Shown: one piece after another, positions 20,433-31,277 of the stretch
Layout: each line of letters begins with the position of its first letter
Position numbering within the stretch: the stretch's first letter is position 1
Source: a virus
Lineage: Duplodnaviria > Heunggongvirae > Uroviricota > Caudoviricetes
IMG/VR virus record: IMGVR_UViG_3300048625_000166
Length of the DNA: 64,000 nucleotides
Reading direction: 5' to 3' (one strand)
Position numbers and translations under genes: made by a program
The notes under the pieces: generated by a model
The model's database searches: none
What the model was told of the DNA's origin: nothing
Seen by the model: the letters and a program-made list of their open reading frames with translations, nothing else

Positions 20433-21653
20433 TTTTTCGATTCTACACTATTGCAATGAATGCAGTAGCGCACTTGTTTTGTAAATGACGAATAACTACT
20501 TGTAACAGGATCACTCCACTTAGTCCACGTGTGCCAATTGAATCGGCACCAGAAGCTAGTCACTGCCGGTGGCAAGTCTTGTAGTGAGCGCCATGTGTTG
20601 ATCTTCTCGTTCATATCTTTAACAGAAACATCATTTGATCCTGTGTGTTATCAAACTTCAAGTAGTTACGACCTTCTTTCCAATTATACACCTGTTCAGC
20701 ATTAAATTCTCTCTTTATAAAGCCCCATAAATCCATTGTATATCCATTAGGATCCATCAACATCATGTTAATGATGCTGTCTTTGTAGTCCGTAATTGGA
20801 ACTAACTTTTTGCCTAACAGTTTATATAGAAAGAATTTCATTGCCACCTCAACATGAACCATAATTTATGGGATTCATCAGAGAATTCAAAATGCTCGTC
20901 AACATAATCCCAATCGTAACCAATCGTATCATCTAACCAAGTTGATAACTGGTACCATTTCCCTTCATTATTATACCAATCACCAGTTCGTGGGAAATAA
21001 ACACGATAGATATTTTTCTTCATGCAAACCTCAGTGAAAACATAAACGCATCTTGTTCACGTATGAACACAAAATTAGTGCAATTATTGAATCGTTCATA
21101 TGTCCAACCACGTTTGTCATACAGACTATATCCATCATTGTCACATTCTACTACATTTAACTTGCACCATGCAAGTGCTTCTGCTACATCCTTTGATGCA
21201 TATAGTTTTGTCATTACATGATAGTCATCTGCCAGACTTCGTTTAATCATGTCCACCTCAAGCTAAACCACTCGGCTTGTTTTTCGTCGTCAAACTGAAA
21301 AGTATAATGAGTCTCAAGATTGTAATAATCTGGTTTAAACCATCGCCATTCAACAAGATGCTTCCATCCCTGTTGTTGAATCCATTCAAACACATCAGGA
21401 AGAACTTCATCCTTTTTCAGATTAACATGTATGTTATAACTCATGACATTAGAATTTTAAAAATCTCATGATACGTAGTTTGACATTGTTGCAAAGCCCA
21501 GTTCAACTGTTTCGCAGGCATGTCATCAACAACGGTGTCAATGTCTTTATCTAAATCCAAATGACTGTACATACGCTTAAACACCATGCGATTCTTGTCC
21601 TCAAGCAAGTGCAAAATGCGTTTAATCTCAGTACGTTTTTGCTTCGGTGTCAT
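20420..21653 (-). other. Run of small CDS (20420-20614, 20611-20841, 20838-21023, 21020-21250, 21247-21444, 21441-21653); four carry FxL(R/K)(W/F/I) tails
   Basis: Tails QMMFLLKI, KLWFMLRWQ, AFMFSLRFA, AEWFSLRWT. Confidence 0.65.
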
Positions 21654-21655
21654 GA

Positions 21656-21982
21656 TTAAATCTTGAATGTAGCCCAGAATGCAGTCTTCTCTAAGTCACT
21701 TTGAAACTCGGGATAGACTTCATCGAGTTGGTCTTTGTCAACTTCTTTATAGCCCTTGTTTGTTTTCTTTTCAAACATCAACATAGCGTCATAGCTTGAT
21801 CCAGAAAACAATTTAGTTTGCAGTTTAGCACCACGACGGCCCCAAAACGAAACGTACTTGTTTGTGCGGAATGGCCATGCTGATGTATTTACTGGCACAT
21901 CTTGTGCTAACAGAATGATGCCCCAAACTTTGTCTGCGTTTGTCTTTTCGTCTTTGCACCAACCGATATGCTCATATTTCAT
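21656..21982 (-). CDS. WGR-domain-like protein
   Basis: ADKVWGI...YVSFWGRRGAKLQTK...KKTNKGY. Confidence 0.55.
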   Translation of the reverse strand: MKYEHIGWCKDEKTNADKVWGIILLAQDVPVNTSAWPFRTNKYVSFWGRRGAKLQTKLFSGSSYDAMLMFEKKTNKGYKEVDKDQLDEVYPEFQSDLEKTAFWATFKI

Positions 21983-21985
21983 ACT

Positions 21986-22240
21986 TTACTCCATTGACAA
22001 TTGTTTTCGTTCAAACTGTTCTAACGTTAACACTTCTGGGAATTGTAGCACAAACCAGGTAGCAATTGCTTCGTTGTAGAAAACAAATTCAACAAAATCT
22101 TCTGTATCATCATGCCAATACCATGTCCAAGTTGATTTGTCATATGAGCATTTGCCAAAGTTTTTCTCGACCCAGTTCCACTTTACCATCATGTCTTCAA
22201 AGTGTTTATGACCGTGTCGTGGGATAACAAACGTAGTCAT
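21986..22240 (-). CDS. Cassette-family hypothetical protein
   Basis: Contains EAIATWFVLQF. Confidence 0.55.
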   Translation of the reverse strand: MTTFVIPRHGHKHFEDMMVKWNWVEKNFGKCSYDKSTWTWYWHDDTEDFVEFVFYNEAIATWFVLQFPEVLTLEQFERKQLSME

Positions 22241-22626
22241 ACATTGAACCCTGCACTACGCAATTCAACGAGAGCCTTGTTTCGATTAGTAGGATCAACT
22301 TCGATTTTGATGACTTTGCCAGATGAAATCAAGTCACTCATGTCCTTGGCTTCTTTCAGCCCAGGGCCACGCCGGTCAACAGTACGAATAGCTTTAATCA
22401 TCGCAACACGATTAGCATTCGGAGAATGACTAGCAATGGTGATGATATTGTTATATTCACCAGTCAGCATTGCAAAGAAAATCTGACCCTTAACGTCAGG
22501 GTCAAGAGTACTTGCAATAGTATCCCACAGTTTCATGCCTTCATCAGTACCGTAGGCTTCTGTGATACTACGCATGAAGTTCATGCCACTTTGGATAATG
22601 TCTTGTTTGTTTTCAGCAGGAATCAT
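22237..22626 (-). CDS. Protein with ribosomal L7/L12 C-terminal-like domain
   Basis: VAMIKAIRTVDRRGPGLKEAKDM resembles the L7/L12 VIKAVR...GLKEAKD motif. Confidence 0.55.
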   Translation of the reverse strand: MIPAENKQDIIQSGMNFMRSITEAYGTDEGMKLWDTIASTLDPDVKGQIFFAMLTGEYNNIITIASHSPNANRVAMIKAIRTVDRRGPGLKEAKDMSDLISSGKVIKIEVDPTNRNKALVELRSAGFNV

Positions 22627-23949
22627 TTTTTAATACCAAGAACTTTCTTTTCTTCGGCAGTCAATTTAGACAATGCCTCTTTGCGAATACGTGCTTCGTG
22701 TGCTTTCTTTTCTTTTGCTTCACGTGCTTTACGGTCAGCTTCTTGGTGAAATTCCCACCACTCACGGACTTCATCATCACGTAGAATCAGGAAATCACCT
22801 TTGCCTTGTTCCATTAGTTCAGTTATTACTTTACAAGCAATACGAGCCAACTTGTCATTATTCGCTTTGAGTTCTTTGTACTGCCAACTTTCTGTTGGCG
22901 AACCGGTGCGATCATTGTCTTCATAACTCATGCATGGCATTTTATTGTCCCATCCTGTCAGGGTTGAGTTCCCAACCCATATCTGAATTTTCTTTTTTAA
23001 GTTTTTCAAATTGGTCAACGCACACTTCTACATCAACAAGGATACGCTTGAGTTCGTCAATGTTGATTTCAAGGAATTCCATTGTTACTGATAACGCTCT
23101 TGCTTCTCCTTGAGACAGAGTGTATTGTTTCTGCAACATTTCGGCCATCATCCGTTCCTTGCCGGCGATTGTGTTACGCAGATTCTCTGCTACGGTTTGG
23201 ATGTTCATAGTTCAACCCAAAAATGTTCTGCCAATTTATTGCGAAGGGTAGCATTATACAGATTCCAATTGATTTTGGAGCCAGGTGTTTGAATGCTTTC
23301 ATCTGCCTTTAGCTCATTACAAGTTTCTTTGCTTATTTTATTACATTCTGCAACAATCAACTCGGCGAACTTTTCTTTGAACAATGTAGCCTGGCTTGGG
23401 TTATTTGCATTAGCCCAGTTCCAGGTTTTATCTACGAATTCCCAAGCCTGCTTCTCAAGTTCTTTAATTCGTTCGTTCATTTGACTTCTTTCAAAATTTT
23501 GTTGATAGCATCAGGCAGAAACTTTTTCATTTCTTCTGCGTCAAGGAAGTCACCAAACGTTCCAGGCGCTTTACTGTATGTTTGTGCATCGAGCCATTTC
23601 TTCAATGCCTCAATTTGTGTCTCAGTCATTTTTCTTCCTCCGCTTTAAGTTCTGCCAGCATTTCAGCAATCAGTTTGTCAGCAAGTGCGTTGCGGCGCAC
23701 GGATTCTTCACGGGTCCAACCACGTGAAACAAAGTTTTTAAATGCACATGACCCATGACGATCCGAACCGTGAGTAGAACCAATTGGCATACATTCAGGA
23801 GCATCAAGGCATCCATCCAAGTCCAACCAGAAGCCAGTAGATGTGATTTCAGTTGTTTCACGATCTACCAAACAGTACAATGGAGTGCGACCGTATGTGT
23901 ACTGGTAGCTAGGATGAATTCGGATGCTGTGTTCGTATGTCATGGTTGA

Positions 23950-23978
23950 ATTATACATCCAAATCCATTTAGTGTCAA
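23950..23978 (-). promoter_or_regulatory. Early sigma70-type promoter
   Basis: TTGACACTAAATGGATTTGGATGTATAAT; identical copy at 24754-24782. Confidence 0.85.
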
Positions 23979-24753
23979 CCGATTAACTGTAGAATCTTTT
24001 CTTTGCAGTCTTCTCGACTACTCTTTGCATTAGGACTGTACTTGAGTCCCGGCTCAGGGTCGCACCTCGATGCACATTCATTGATAAGCAAATTGGCAAA
24101 TGCCTTGATGAATTCAGCAGGAATCTCATACGTGATTTCGCCGTTGGAAGTTTGCAACATAAAATCCTGTGAATCGAATCCCATGTTGTATGTGGCTTCT
24201 TCTGCTAGTTTACTAATAATATCGTTCACTTCACCAACTCCATAACTTTAGTTGCATCAGCTTCGTCACCACGGATGCGAGTGAAAACATCACTGTTATC
24301 CATGCGATCATAATAAGTACGATTTGCTTTGGCAGCCTCTACGATGACCAGTGGGTTTTGCAACCAACGACCATTATCACCAGCTGGCTTGAATTCAAAA
24401 GTACGATCAAACTCAAAGTCAAAGCCGCTGTCATCATAGATGTAGTTGCCAATAAAACTATTCATCTTTGAAACCCAACCTGGATTATAGTGATAGCTAT
24501 TGCCAATGTTACTAAAATCCATGCCAGAGATTTGCCAGATCATCTGAATAATCTCGCGGCCAATCTTAGCATCAGAGTCGCCGCCACAATAAGCCATCTG
24601 GTCACTGTATGCGAGAATGTAGCGCATCATTTCAGCAACGCCAGGGTCTCTATTGCATGTAGCTTTGAGTTCGTCAATTTGCAGTTGCAGATAGTCGTGT
24701 GATTTTTTAGATACGATATCAAACATTGTGGTCTTTCGTTAATGAATGACTGA

Positions 24754-24782
24754 ATTATACATCCAAATCCATTTAGTGTCAA
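24754..24782 (-). promoter_or_regulatory. Early sigma70-type promoter
   Basis: TTGACACTAAATGGATTTGGATGTATAAT. Confidence 0.85.
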
Positions 24783-25658
24783 CGACCTTCTGAATTCTTA
24801 ATAAACTCGAACAAGTTTGCTTTATTGTATGCGTTCTTTACGATAGGAAGATTGTTTCGCCACGTTGCAAACTTTAATATTGAATTCTCAACAAAGTCCA
24901 ATGTTCGTATGCGGAACATAGGAACAATAGAAATGATGCCAGCGATTATCAACATCAAAACAATAAACGGCACAATTGGCACCGTGATTGCCCAAAATAT
25001 GATATTGAGCTTTGCGTCAGGACTGAGTTTCATTTGTATCGCTTCGCTTTCTTGTCGTAGCCGATCTTGTCGTAGAAGTCCCATACTCCCTTGCATACCG
25101 GCACAGTGTTGATATCAACTCCAAGATCATCAAGGTATTCTTTGATGGGGCGACCTGTAACTTGCTCACCACAGTACTTCACAGTGCGAGAATACTCCAT
25201 CCAGTTCATACCCTTGTATAGTCCACCAGAGGTATCAGGATACGCACGTTTCAATTCACGGTCACGAAACCATTGAAACGAAATGCACTGAGGATAAAAG
25301 TTTGGTTCATTTGGTGTCGGCACTTCAACAATGAAGAATTTACCATAGTCACCAGAATGACGGTTAGGTTCGTGTAGTTCCATTAGATATTGTCGCATGA
25401 TTATTTTCCTTCAGGCTTGTTGCATTCCCAGAACACTTCGTTGATGCCGCATTTAATGCAGTGTCCGCCTTCGTGTTCGTAGCCTTTGAGTGCAGATGCA
25501 AAGTCATGGTTACATTCAAATCGATATGACTTGAGTTCCGCAATCATTGCATCTTGCTCCGCCAATCGTTTGGCAAGTTCGCGGCGCTGTTTTTCAGCGT
25601 GTTCGATTTGATCGAGTAGAGTCACAGACATTGCAGTTCCTTTTAAATGTATAGGCTT

Positions 25659-25687
25659 AGTATACATCCAAAATGGTTTAATGTCAA
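25659..25687 (-). promoter_or_regulatory. Early sigma70-type promoter
   Basis: TTGACA-17-TATACT with TTTTGG in the spacer. Confidence 0.75.
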
Positions 25688-25690
25688 CAA

Positions 25691-26125
25691 TTATGTGGCT
25701 AAAAATGCACGTAGATCTGGGAGAATTCTACGTTGTCGATTGATAACGTCTTGTTCCCAAGGTAGATTTTGATAGTATTGATAGTCGGCGTTCTTAGGAA
25801 CAGGGTAGTTGTTACCGTTCCAGATATATTGGCCGTTTGATGTGTTAGACAGTTTGCCTGTCTTAATTTGACTTAAATGTAACAACTCATGTAAGAGAAC
25901 TTGTGGTATCTCTCTGACTGTTAATTTAGAATTGACATTAACCCTATTCTTGAATCTAGGGTTAACAGGGGTGTTTCCGTATTCATGGTCTGCGAGTGCC
26001 GCAAATACAATTTCAATATCAACAGGCAGTTCAACTACTGTTGATAAGTATTCAACCACACGAGTTGCCAGTGCCTCTCGTTCTGCTATTTGCTCACCTG
26101 CTTGATAAATGAATCTGATTGCCAT
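25691..26125 (-). CDS. Putative zinc metallopeptidase (HExxH)
   Basis: VLLHELLHLSQ...LPWE. Confidence 0.6.
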   Translation of the reverse strand: MAIRFIYQAGEQIAEREALATRVVEYLSTVVELPVDIEIVFAALADHEYGNTPVNPRFKNRVNVNSKLTVREIPQVLLHELLHLSQIKTGKLSNTSNGQYIWNGNNYPVPKNADYQYYQNLPWEQDVINRQRRILPDLRAFLAT

Positions 26126-26418
26126 TAGTGGATTGTCTCGCCGAATGAACTATTGATCCAACGCTTTAGTTCTTTCTTTAGGTCTTTCTCGGTATAGCCC
26201 ATTGCGCCTAAACGCATGACCACCTCTGTAAATAGACCTAGTGTAGCTACGCCATATACGTATTCTGGATCTTCATTCTCGTGTTCGAATTCGTCTAGTT
26301 GTTCTAGTACGTTCTCGTTCAAGAATTCGCTTGCTATCTCGGCACTATGTTCAAATTGCCAGTCTTCGTATTCTTCTTCGGTTAATTCCCTTACTTCGAT
26401 TCCTGACTTTTCGCTCAT
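26125..26418 (-). CDS. Acidic hypothetical protein
   Basis: 97-aa ORF with GGAG RBS. Confidence 0.6.
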   Translation of the reverse strand: MSEKSGIEVRELTEEEYEDWQFEHSAEIASEFLNENVLEQLDEFEHENEDPEYVYGVATLGLFTEVVMRLGAMGYTEKDLKKELKRWINSSFGETIH

Positions 26419-26422
26419 AGTG

Positions 26423-26881
26423 TTACTCCTGAATAGTATCTTTATTTATGACGTATTCGTAGTTGGTTGTCTCTAGATTTTCTCTAAAGATAATAGCACC
26501 ATTTTTCAAATGAAAACGTCTTGCCATGTTAGTCTTAGGACTCAGAGTTACAAACCTAGTTACACTTGGGTATTTTTCTTGAATCCCTTTCACCGCCCTA
26601 AGCAATAATTCCTTGCCTTTGCCACTCTTATAAGACCAGATTGTGTAGAAGATTGCAGTCGTAGGGACTTGACTTGTGTTATTCAAGTCAGTTACATCTT
26701 CTGGTACAAAATCATGAAAACTCACACAAACCATCGCCTCTGGATTCTGTTCCTCGTCTGTCAGGGCGGCAATTAAGCGACCGTTTGATACTCGGAAATC
26801 CGCAGGAATCTCAGGACGCACTGGATCGTCCTTGATGAATTCCAATAATTTGTGTGTGAGGTCTTGAATGAAGTGAAGCAT
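26423..26881 (-). CDS. GNAT-like hypothetical protein
   Basis: Start MLHFIQDL 5 nt after ATAAATA; AIFYTIWSYKSGKGKELL...ARRFHLKNGA. Confidence 0.5.
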   Translation of the reverse strand: MLHFIQDLTHKLLEFIKDDPVRPEIPADFRVSNGRLIAALTDEEQNPEAMVCVSFHDFVPEDVTDLNNTSQVPTTAIFYTIWSYKSGKGKELLLRAVKGIQEKYPSVTRFVTLSPKTNMARRFHLKNGAIIFRENLETTNYEYVINKDTIQE

Positions 26882-26913
26882 AATGTTATTTATACGTATA
26901 TTATAAAAATCCA

Positions 26914-26937
26914 AAAAATAGGGACTTTCGCCCCTAG
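26914..26937 (-). terminator. Intrinsic terminator
   Basis: TAGGGGC-GAAA-GTCCCTA-TTTTTT on the minus strand. Confidence 0.75.
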
Positions 26938-26989
26938 TACTGGTTACGAGTTCCAGTGCCACTCAATCTTTGTGGTCGGTTACTATTAT

Positions 26990-28662
26990 TTAATCAGATT
27001 TGTGTGACAGGCGTGTGACAATCTCACGTAATCTTTCGATTTCAGTTGCCGCCTCGTCCAATAAGTTAGCAATTTTGTCCGGTTTGCCTTCTGTTACAGC
27101 GAGTCGTCCTGGAATCTGGCGTCTGATTTCAGCCCGTTTTCTCAGTCTGAATACTAGACTTTGCTCCGCAACTGGTAAATGTGATTCGTCTTTCATCGTT
27201 TGAGTTCCTCCCATACTTCCTGTCGCTCACTGTCGTAAATTCGGTGCAATACAACTAACCAGTTGTATAAGAAAAAGATTACAGGATTAGCAAGTAGGAT
27301 GTAGAGCCAAAATTGATCCGGGCGTCCGCCTGATAGTCCAACTATTACTAATGCGCCGACAATAAACTGAGCAATGCCCAGTAAAAACGTGAGGACAATT
27401 GCCGCAAACATTTCATCTTCAATTATATCACGATAACCTTCAATCATGCCATAATTACTGTCGAATAATCGAAATTGAATTCTCTTTAAAATCCATACTA
27501 TAAAATTCATATCAACTCCTTAAAATGGGATATCGTCATCCCAGCTAGCTGGATATTCAACTGGCTTAGGCTTAGGCGCTACGTAGTTTTCATCATGGAA
27601 GTTATCGAATACTTCTTGGTAACCACCACTCCAATCACTAACACTACGCAACCTGTCTTGATTATCACACAAGATTTCAACCTTGTCTAAGCTAGAGTAG
27701 TCACCGCTAGGGCAGTCATGAACCGTGACATACCCATCAATGTATGTACCGTTCCAACGACCATTGACCACATGAAAGTCAAAATGGGTGGGACTGTATT
27801 CTTGCTCGACATTAACAAGCAAACTTGGTTTATCTTTTGTACCTAACATTAGTCTCATTCTTCAACTCCGAAATGTTCTTTAATCCTGTGTTCAATCTTT
27901 ACTGCTACATCGGCATTGAGTTCTGCCTTGTCCCACATGTCATACGGAACACGGATACATTCCCGAACAATCAACTCGGCGAACTTTTTAGAATTAAACC
28001 AAGGTGGACCATATTGTTTCGGCTCCCAGCATTGCGCTTCAAGTTCTTGAATTCGTTCGTTCATTCGTCATCCTCGTTATAGAAAACTTTGGTATGGTCA
28101 GTGATGTTGTAACCACTTAAATTTAGTCGGCTTCTTGCAGGAATATCACCACGTACATATTCGTACTTGATAAACTTACCCAACTTGGCATCAATCTCAG
28201 CTACAGTACATCCATGCCATCCTCTGCCAAGAATGTATTTTACTTTCACCCATTTGACATTGTTTTCAGGTGCACCGGTATAGCAACTTTGAAAACTGTA
28301 ATAGTCACTATGTCCACCATTCATGCTCATAAGAGACAGAGGACGACACCAATCTTCTGGATCAACTGTGTCATTGGCTTCAAGTAATTGCAGTGTTATC
28401 ATTTAACTACCCTTAATGTTGTTGGGTCTTCCCTACGCTTGTGCATTTCACACATACCATGACCCTTTTCAAAGAACACGATTGCTGGCATATCTGGCAC
28501 AGTACAGCCATATCCAATCACAGTAGTGATGGATGATTTCGTAGCTAGACTTTTGTTCCAGGGATGACCTACGATGGCACGATGATACTTGCAGTTACAA
28601 CAGCAACTGCCACTACTGTTGCCGTCTTCTTCTCGCCATCCCTCGAAGCATAATTCTAGCAT
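26990..28662 (-). other. Run of hypothetical CDS (26990-27214, 27193-27510, 27520-27858, 27855-28064 MNERI family, 28061-28402, 28399-28662)
   Basis: Overlapping ORFs with RBS. Confidence 0.6.
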
Positions 28663-29171
28663 ACTTTACTTTCGTCAATCTTTTCGCACAACGATTCGTA
28701 CTGTTTAAAACTTACTCCGAGTGCTTCTAGCCATTTGGTAAAATAACGATCCAGTTCATTGCTTCTGGCATGTTTTCCATAATGATATGTAGCGAAGTCC
28801 TTCAGGTTCTGTACCTTATCAGCAATCAGCATTTCATTGACTTCAAGAATAGGACTCAATTTCAATGGATAATCTGTATCAATCTTGTCGCTTAGATATG
28901 CATTGGCAATGTTACGATATTCCATCGTTAGGAGCAATACATGTGGCTCAACAAAGGAAGCCATATAGTAGTTCTCTTGCAGGTCTTCATCTGCCTGAAA
29001 CAATGGATGCAAACAGAATGCCTTCTTGGTTGTTTCTACTGCACCGATTTCTTTTAGAATAATCAAGCCTTCGTTGATGTGATTAATCAGAGGGACCTGA
29101 CTGCGCTTGGCAACACGGTCGCCATAGTGCTTGGCAATCAACTTGTATTCGACAGAATTTTTGATACTCAT
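28656..29171 (-). CDS. HD-domain-like hypothetical protein
   Basis: AKRSQVPLINHINEG...FCLHP...LIADKVQN. Confidence 0.45.
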   Translation of the reverse strand: MSIKNSVEYKLIAKHYGDRVAKRSQVPLINHINEGLIILKEIGAVETTKKAFCLHPLFQADEDLQENYYMASFVEPHVLLLTMEYRNIANAYLSDKIDTDYPLKLSPILEVNEMLIADKVQNLKDFATYHYGKHARSNELDRYFTKWLEALGVSFKQYESLCEKIDESKVC

Positions 29172-29276
29172 GTTACCACCCTATATCGTGAGTGCGGATA
29201 CGTTTCAACAAGCCATTCTAACAGGTCTTCGCTGTATGGCAATCTGATTGAATCATATTTGTTTGTGATGTACATA

Positions 29277-29303
29277 AAAGAAAAGGGCGAACAAGTCGCC
29301 CTC
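29277..29303 (-). terminator. Intrinsic terminator
   Basis: GAGGGCGA-CTTGT-TCGCCCTTTTCTTTT. Confidence 0.7.
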
Positions 29304-29320
29304 TCACATGGGAGCAACTG

Positions 29321-29746
29321 TTATGCAGTTTGTGTTTCGGCAGTGTCTGCTTCTTGAGTAGTGGCAGTAGCACGTGCTTTGATTGCGTCAAGAGAGAGTT
29401 CAACCTTGACTTCTTTTTGCTTTGCAGGCTTGGCGGTACGCTCAGAGAGAGCTTCTTGAATAGTTGCCTGATCTGCGGGAGATTGGAAATCTGCATGTTG
29501 AGCCAAGAAAGCAAGTGCTTGCTCTTTAGTCATTGCGTTAGGCAATTCGACCAGGTCAACACGTTTGCTGTCCAGGAAGCCATCACCACGACCACCCAGA
29601 TCATAAGAGACACCGATCTTGCGATCAGAGGACAGAGTTTTCACAAGACGGATCATGTCGTTACCATAGCGAACTTTGGTAACAGTGACATTCTCGCGAG
29701 AGTGAGTAGTAATACCAGCAACAGTAAAAAGTTTAGAAGTAGACAT
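29321..29746 (-). CDS. Hypothetical phage protein
   Basis: Probable start MSTSKLFTVAG after GAGAAA. Confidence 0.6.
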   Translation of the reverse strand: MSTSKLFTVAGITTHSRENVTVTKVRYGNDMIRLVKTLSSDRKIGVSYDLGGRGDGFLDSKRVDLVELPNAMTKEQALAFLAQHADFQSPADQATIQEALSERTAKPAKQKEVKVELSLDAIKARATATTQEADTAETQTA

Positions 29747-29826
29747 ATATTTCTCTTTCAAGATAACACCTGAGATTAAAATATCGTAATTGCTGTCAGG
29801 CACCACAATCACGACTTGGAATAATT

Positions 29827-29855
29827 AGTATAAGTGGAACGGTATCAAATGTCAA
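29827..29855 (-). promoter_or_regulatory. sigma70-type promoter
   Basis: TTGACA-17-TATACT. Confidence 0.7.
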
Positions 29856-29872
29856 CAGTATCTTACCAGAAA

Positions 29873-30943
29873 TTAAACCATTTTGTATCCAACGGAAAAC
29901 TTCATTGCATTTTTGTAGCTTTCCAGCAACACAATGCGTTGATCTTCACTAGGAACTGTGTTAGATTTCAACGGAGACAAGTCAATATTAAAACTTTTGC
30001 TTACATCTTCGATATTGCAATCTGGATGAATTAATGGCAAGCAATCATTATAGATTGATTCAATGAATCTGTAATTGGAGAAACAATGAGAATCGTAGCT
30101 AGGCAACATGAACGTAAACTTAGAACGTTTCACTTTGTCAAGGTACTCATTCCCTGGAATATGTGAGTTCTCGCCAGTGAATTCATTTTTGCAATACACG
30201 TTTGCGACCTTGAATTGACTAGCAATATTATTGACATATTCTGGATAATGTTCACGACCGCTATCATCTAGAATTGTATATCCAAACGTGAAGTCGTAGC
30301 ACTTGTCTACTGCTTCCTCGAATAGTGGATTCTGCTTCGCTTCAAAATAATATTGCAGACTATCTAATCGATTCGCGTTGTACTTAGGAATGTCGTATCC
30401 GTGATACAGATAGAAGTTGTCGCCAACAGCAACGTCCGTATGAAATAAGTCACAACTCATTTCATTTGGATCATATGCCATTTCATGCAGAGGAATTCCA
30501 TACTCACGATGTGCTTTCAACATAGCAAGAATGTTGGTCAAGTGAGTGCCGAGAGATTCAAACTTGATCTGTCCACCATCATGTGGGAAAACACCCTTAC
30601 GCTTTTGGTGACGACCGATATTGCTATTGTGAAAATCTAGTCCACCAATGATATACAAGGCATCGTAGTCCTTCAAGAATGCTGGGTTAATATCGTTGTA
30701 GATATCAATCCACTTGTCAAACTTTTTTGCCTCGTTATCGTAGTATAGACGATAGCTATCATTCATTTCATTGATGCGAATCATTGAATGCTGTTCGATC
30801 AACTTCTTTGATGCGGGTGATTTCTTACTAGTGAGTAAATCGATTTGATCGTGGTGATGTTTCAGAATAGTGAAGTGGCGACAGATGTTCGGGCCTTCTC
30901 GACCATCAATCGCACGTGTTGTATAAAATAGACATTTTGACAT
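29873..30943 (-). CDS. Putative GT-B glycosyltransferase
   Basis: C-terminal YLDKVKRSKFTFMLPSY...RFIESIYNDCLPLI resembles the GT-B nucleotide-sugar-binding helix. Confidence 0.45.
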   Translation of the reverse strand: MSKCLFYTTRAIDGREGPNICRHFTILKHHHDQIDLLTSKKSPASKKLIEQHSMIRINEMNDSYRLYYDNEAKKFDKWIDIYNDINPAFLKDYDALYIIGGLDFHNSNIGRHQKRKGVFPHDGGQIKFESLGTHLTNILAMLKAHREYGIPLHEMAYDPNEMSCDLFHTDVAVGDNFYLYHGYDIPKYNANRLDSLQYYFEAKQNPLFEEAVDKCYDFTFGYTILDDSGREHYPEYVNNIASQFKVANVYCKNEFTGENSHIPGNEYLDKVKRSKFTFMLPSYDSHCFSNYRFIESIYNDCLPLIHPDCNIEDVSKSFNIDLSPLKSNTVPSEDQRIVLLESYKNAMKFSVGYKMV

Positions 30944-30947
30944 ACTG

Positions 30948-31100
30948 TTACTTATAGTGGTCGAACCACTGAAAACTAATTCTTCGCCAAGGCTGATACC
31001 ATGTGAAATAGCCGCCAGTCAAGTGGACCATACGAACCCCAAACTTTCCAATCTGGAGTTCGTATGCAGTAGCGCCTTTAATACAGCCAATGTAAATCAT
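30948..31100 (-). CDS. Small hypothetical protein (50 aa)
   Basis: Starts at ATGA overlap after GAGGTGG; not in the ORF track. Confidence 0.5.
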   Translation of the reverse strand: MIYIGCIKGATAYELQIGKFGVRMVHLTGGYFTWYQPWRRISFQWFDHYK

Positions 31101-31276
31101 GCCCACCTCAATTGATATAAGGTATATTGAATATCAGTTAGCCTCAACCCATACTTTCCAGTACTGGGTTGGTGGGTAGATTTATAGTCATCATTCCACA
31201 CTGCCCTGCACCAAGCGTGTATTTCTTGATATGCAGGTACACGAAGGTGTCTCAAATCAACATATGTTAGATGCAC
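31097..31276 (-). CDS. LRW-tail cassette protein (59 aa, GTG start)
   Basis: Ends QYTLYQLRWA; not in the ORF track. Confidence 0.55.
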   Translation of the reverse strand: MHLTYVDLRHLRVPAYQEIHAWCRAVWNDDYKSTHQPSTGKYGLRLTDIQYTLYQLRWA

Positions 31277-31277
31277 T

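Larger units (their letters stand above)
22623..25667 (-). other. Run of small early hypothetical CDS including two MNERI-family members (23205-23480, 23975-24229)
   Basis: Packed ORFs behind promoters at 23950, 24754 and 25659. Confidence 0.6.
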
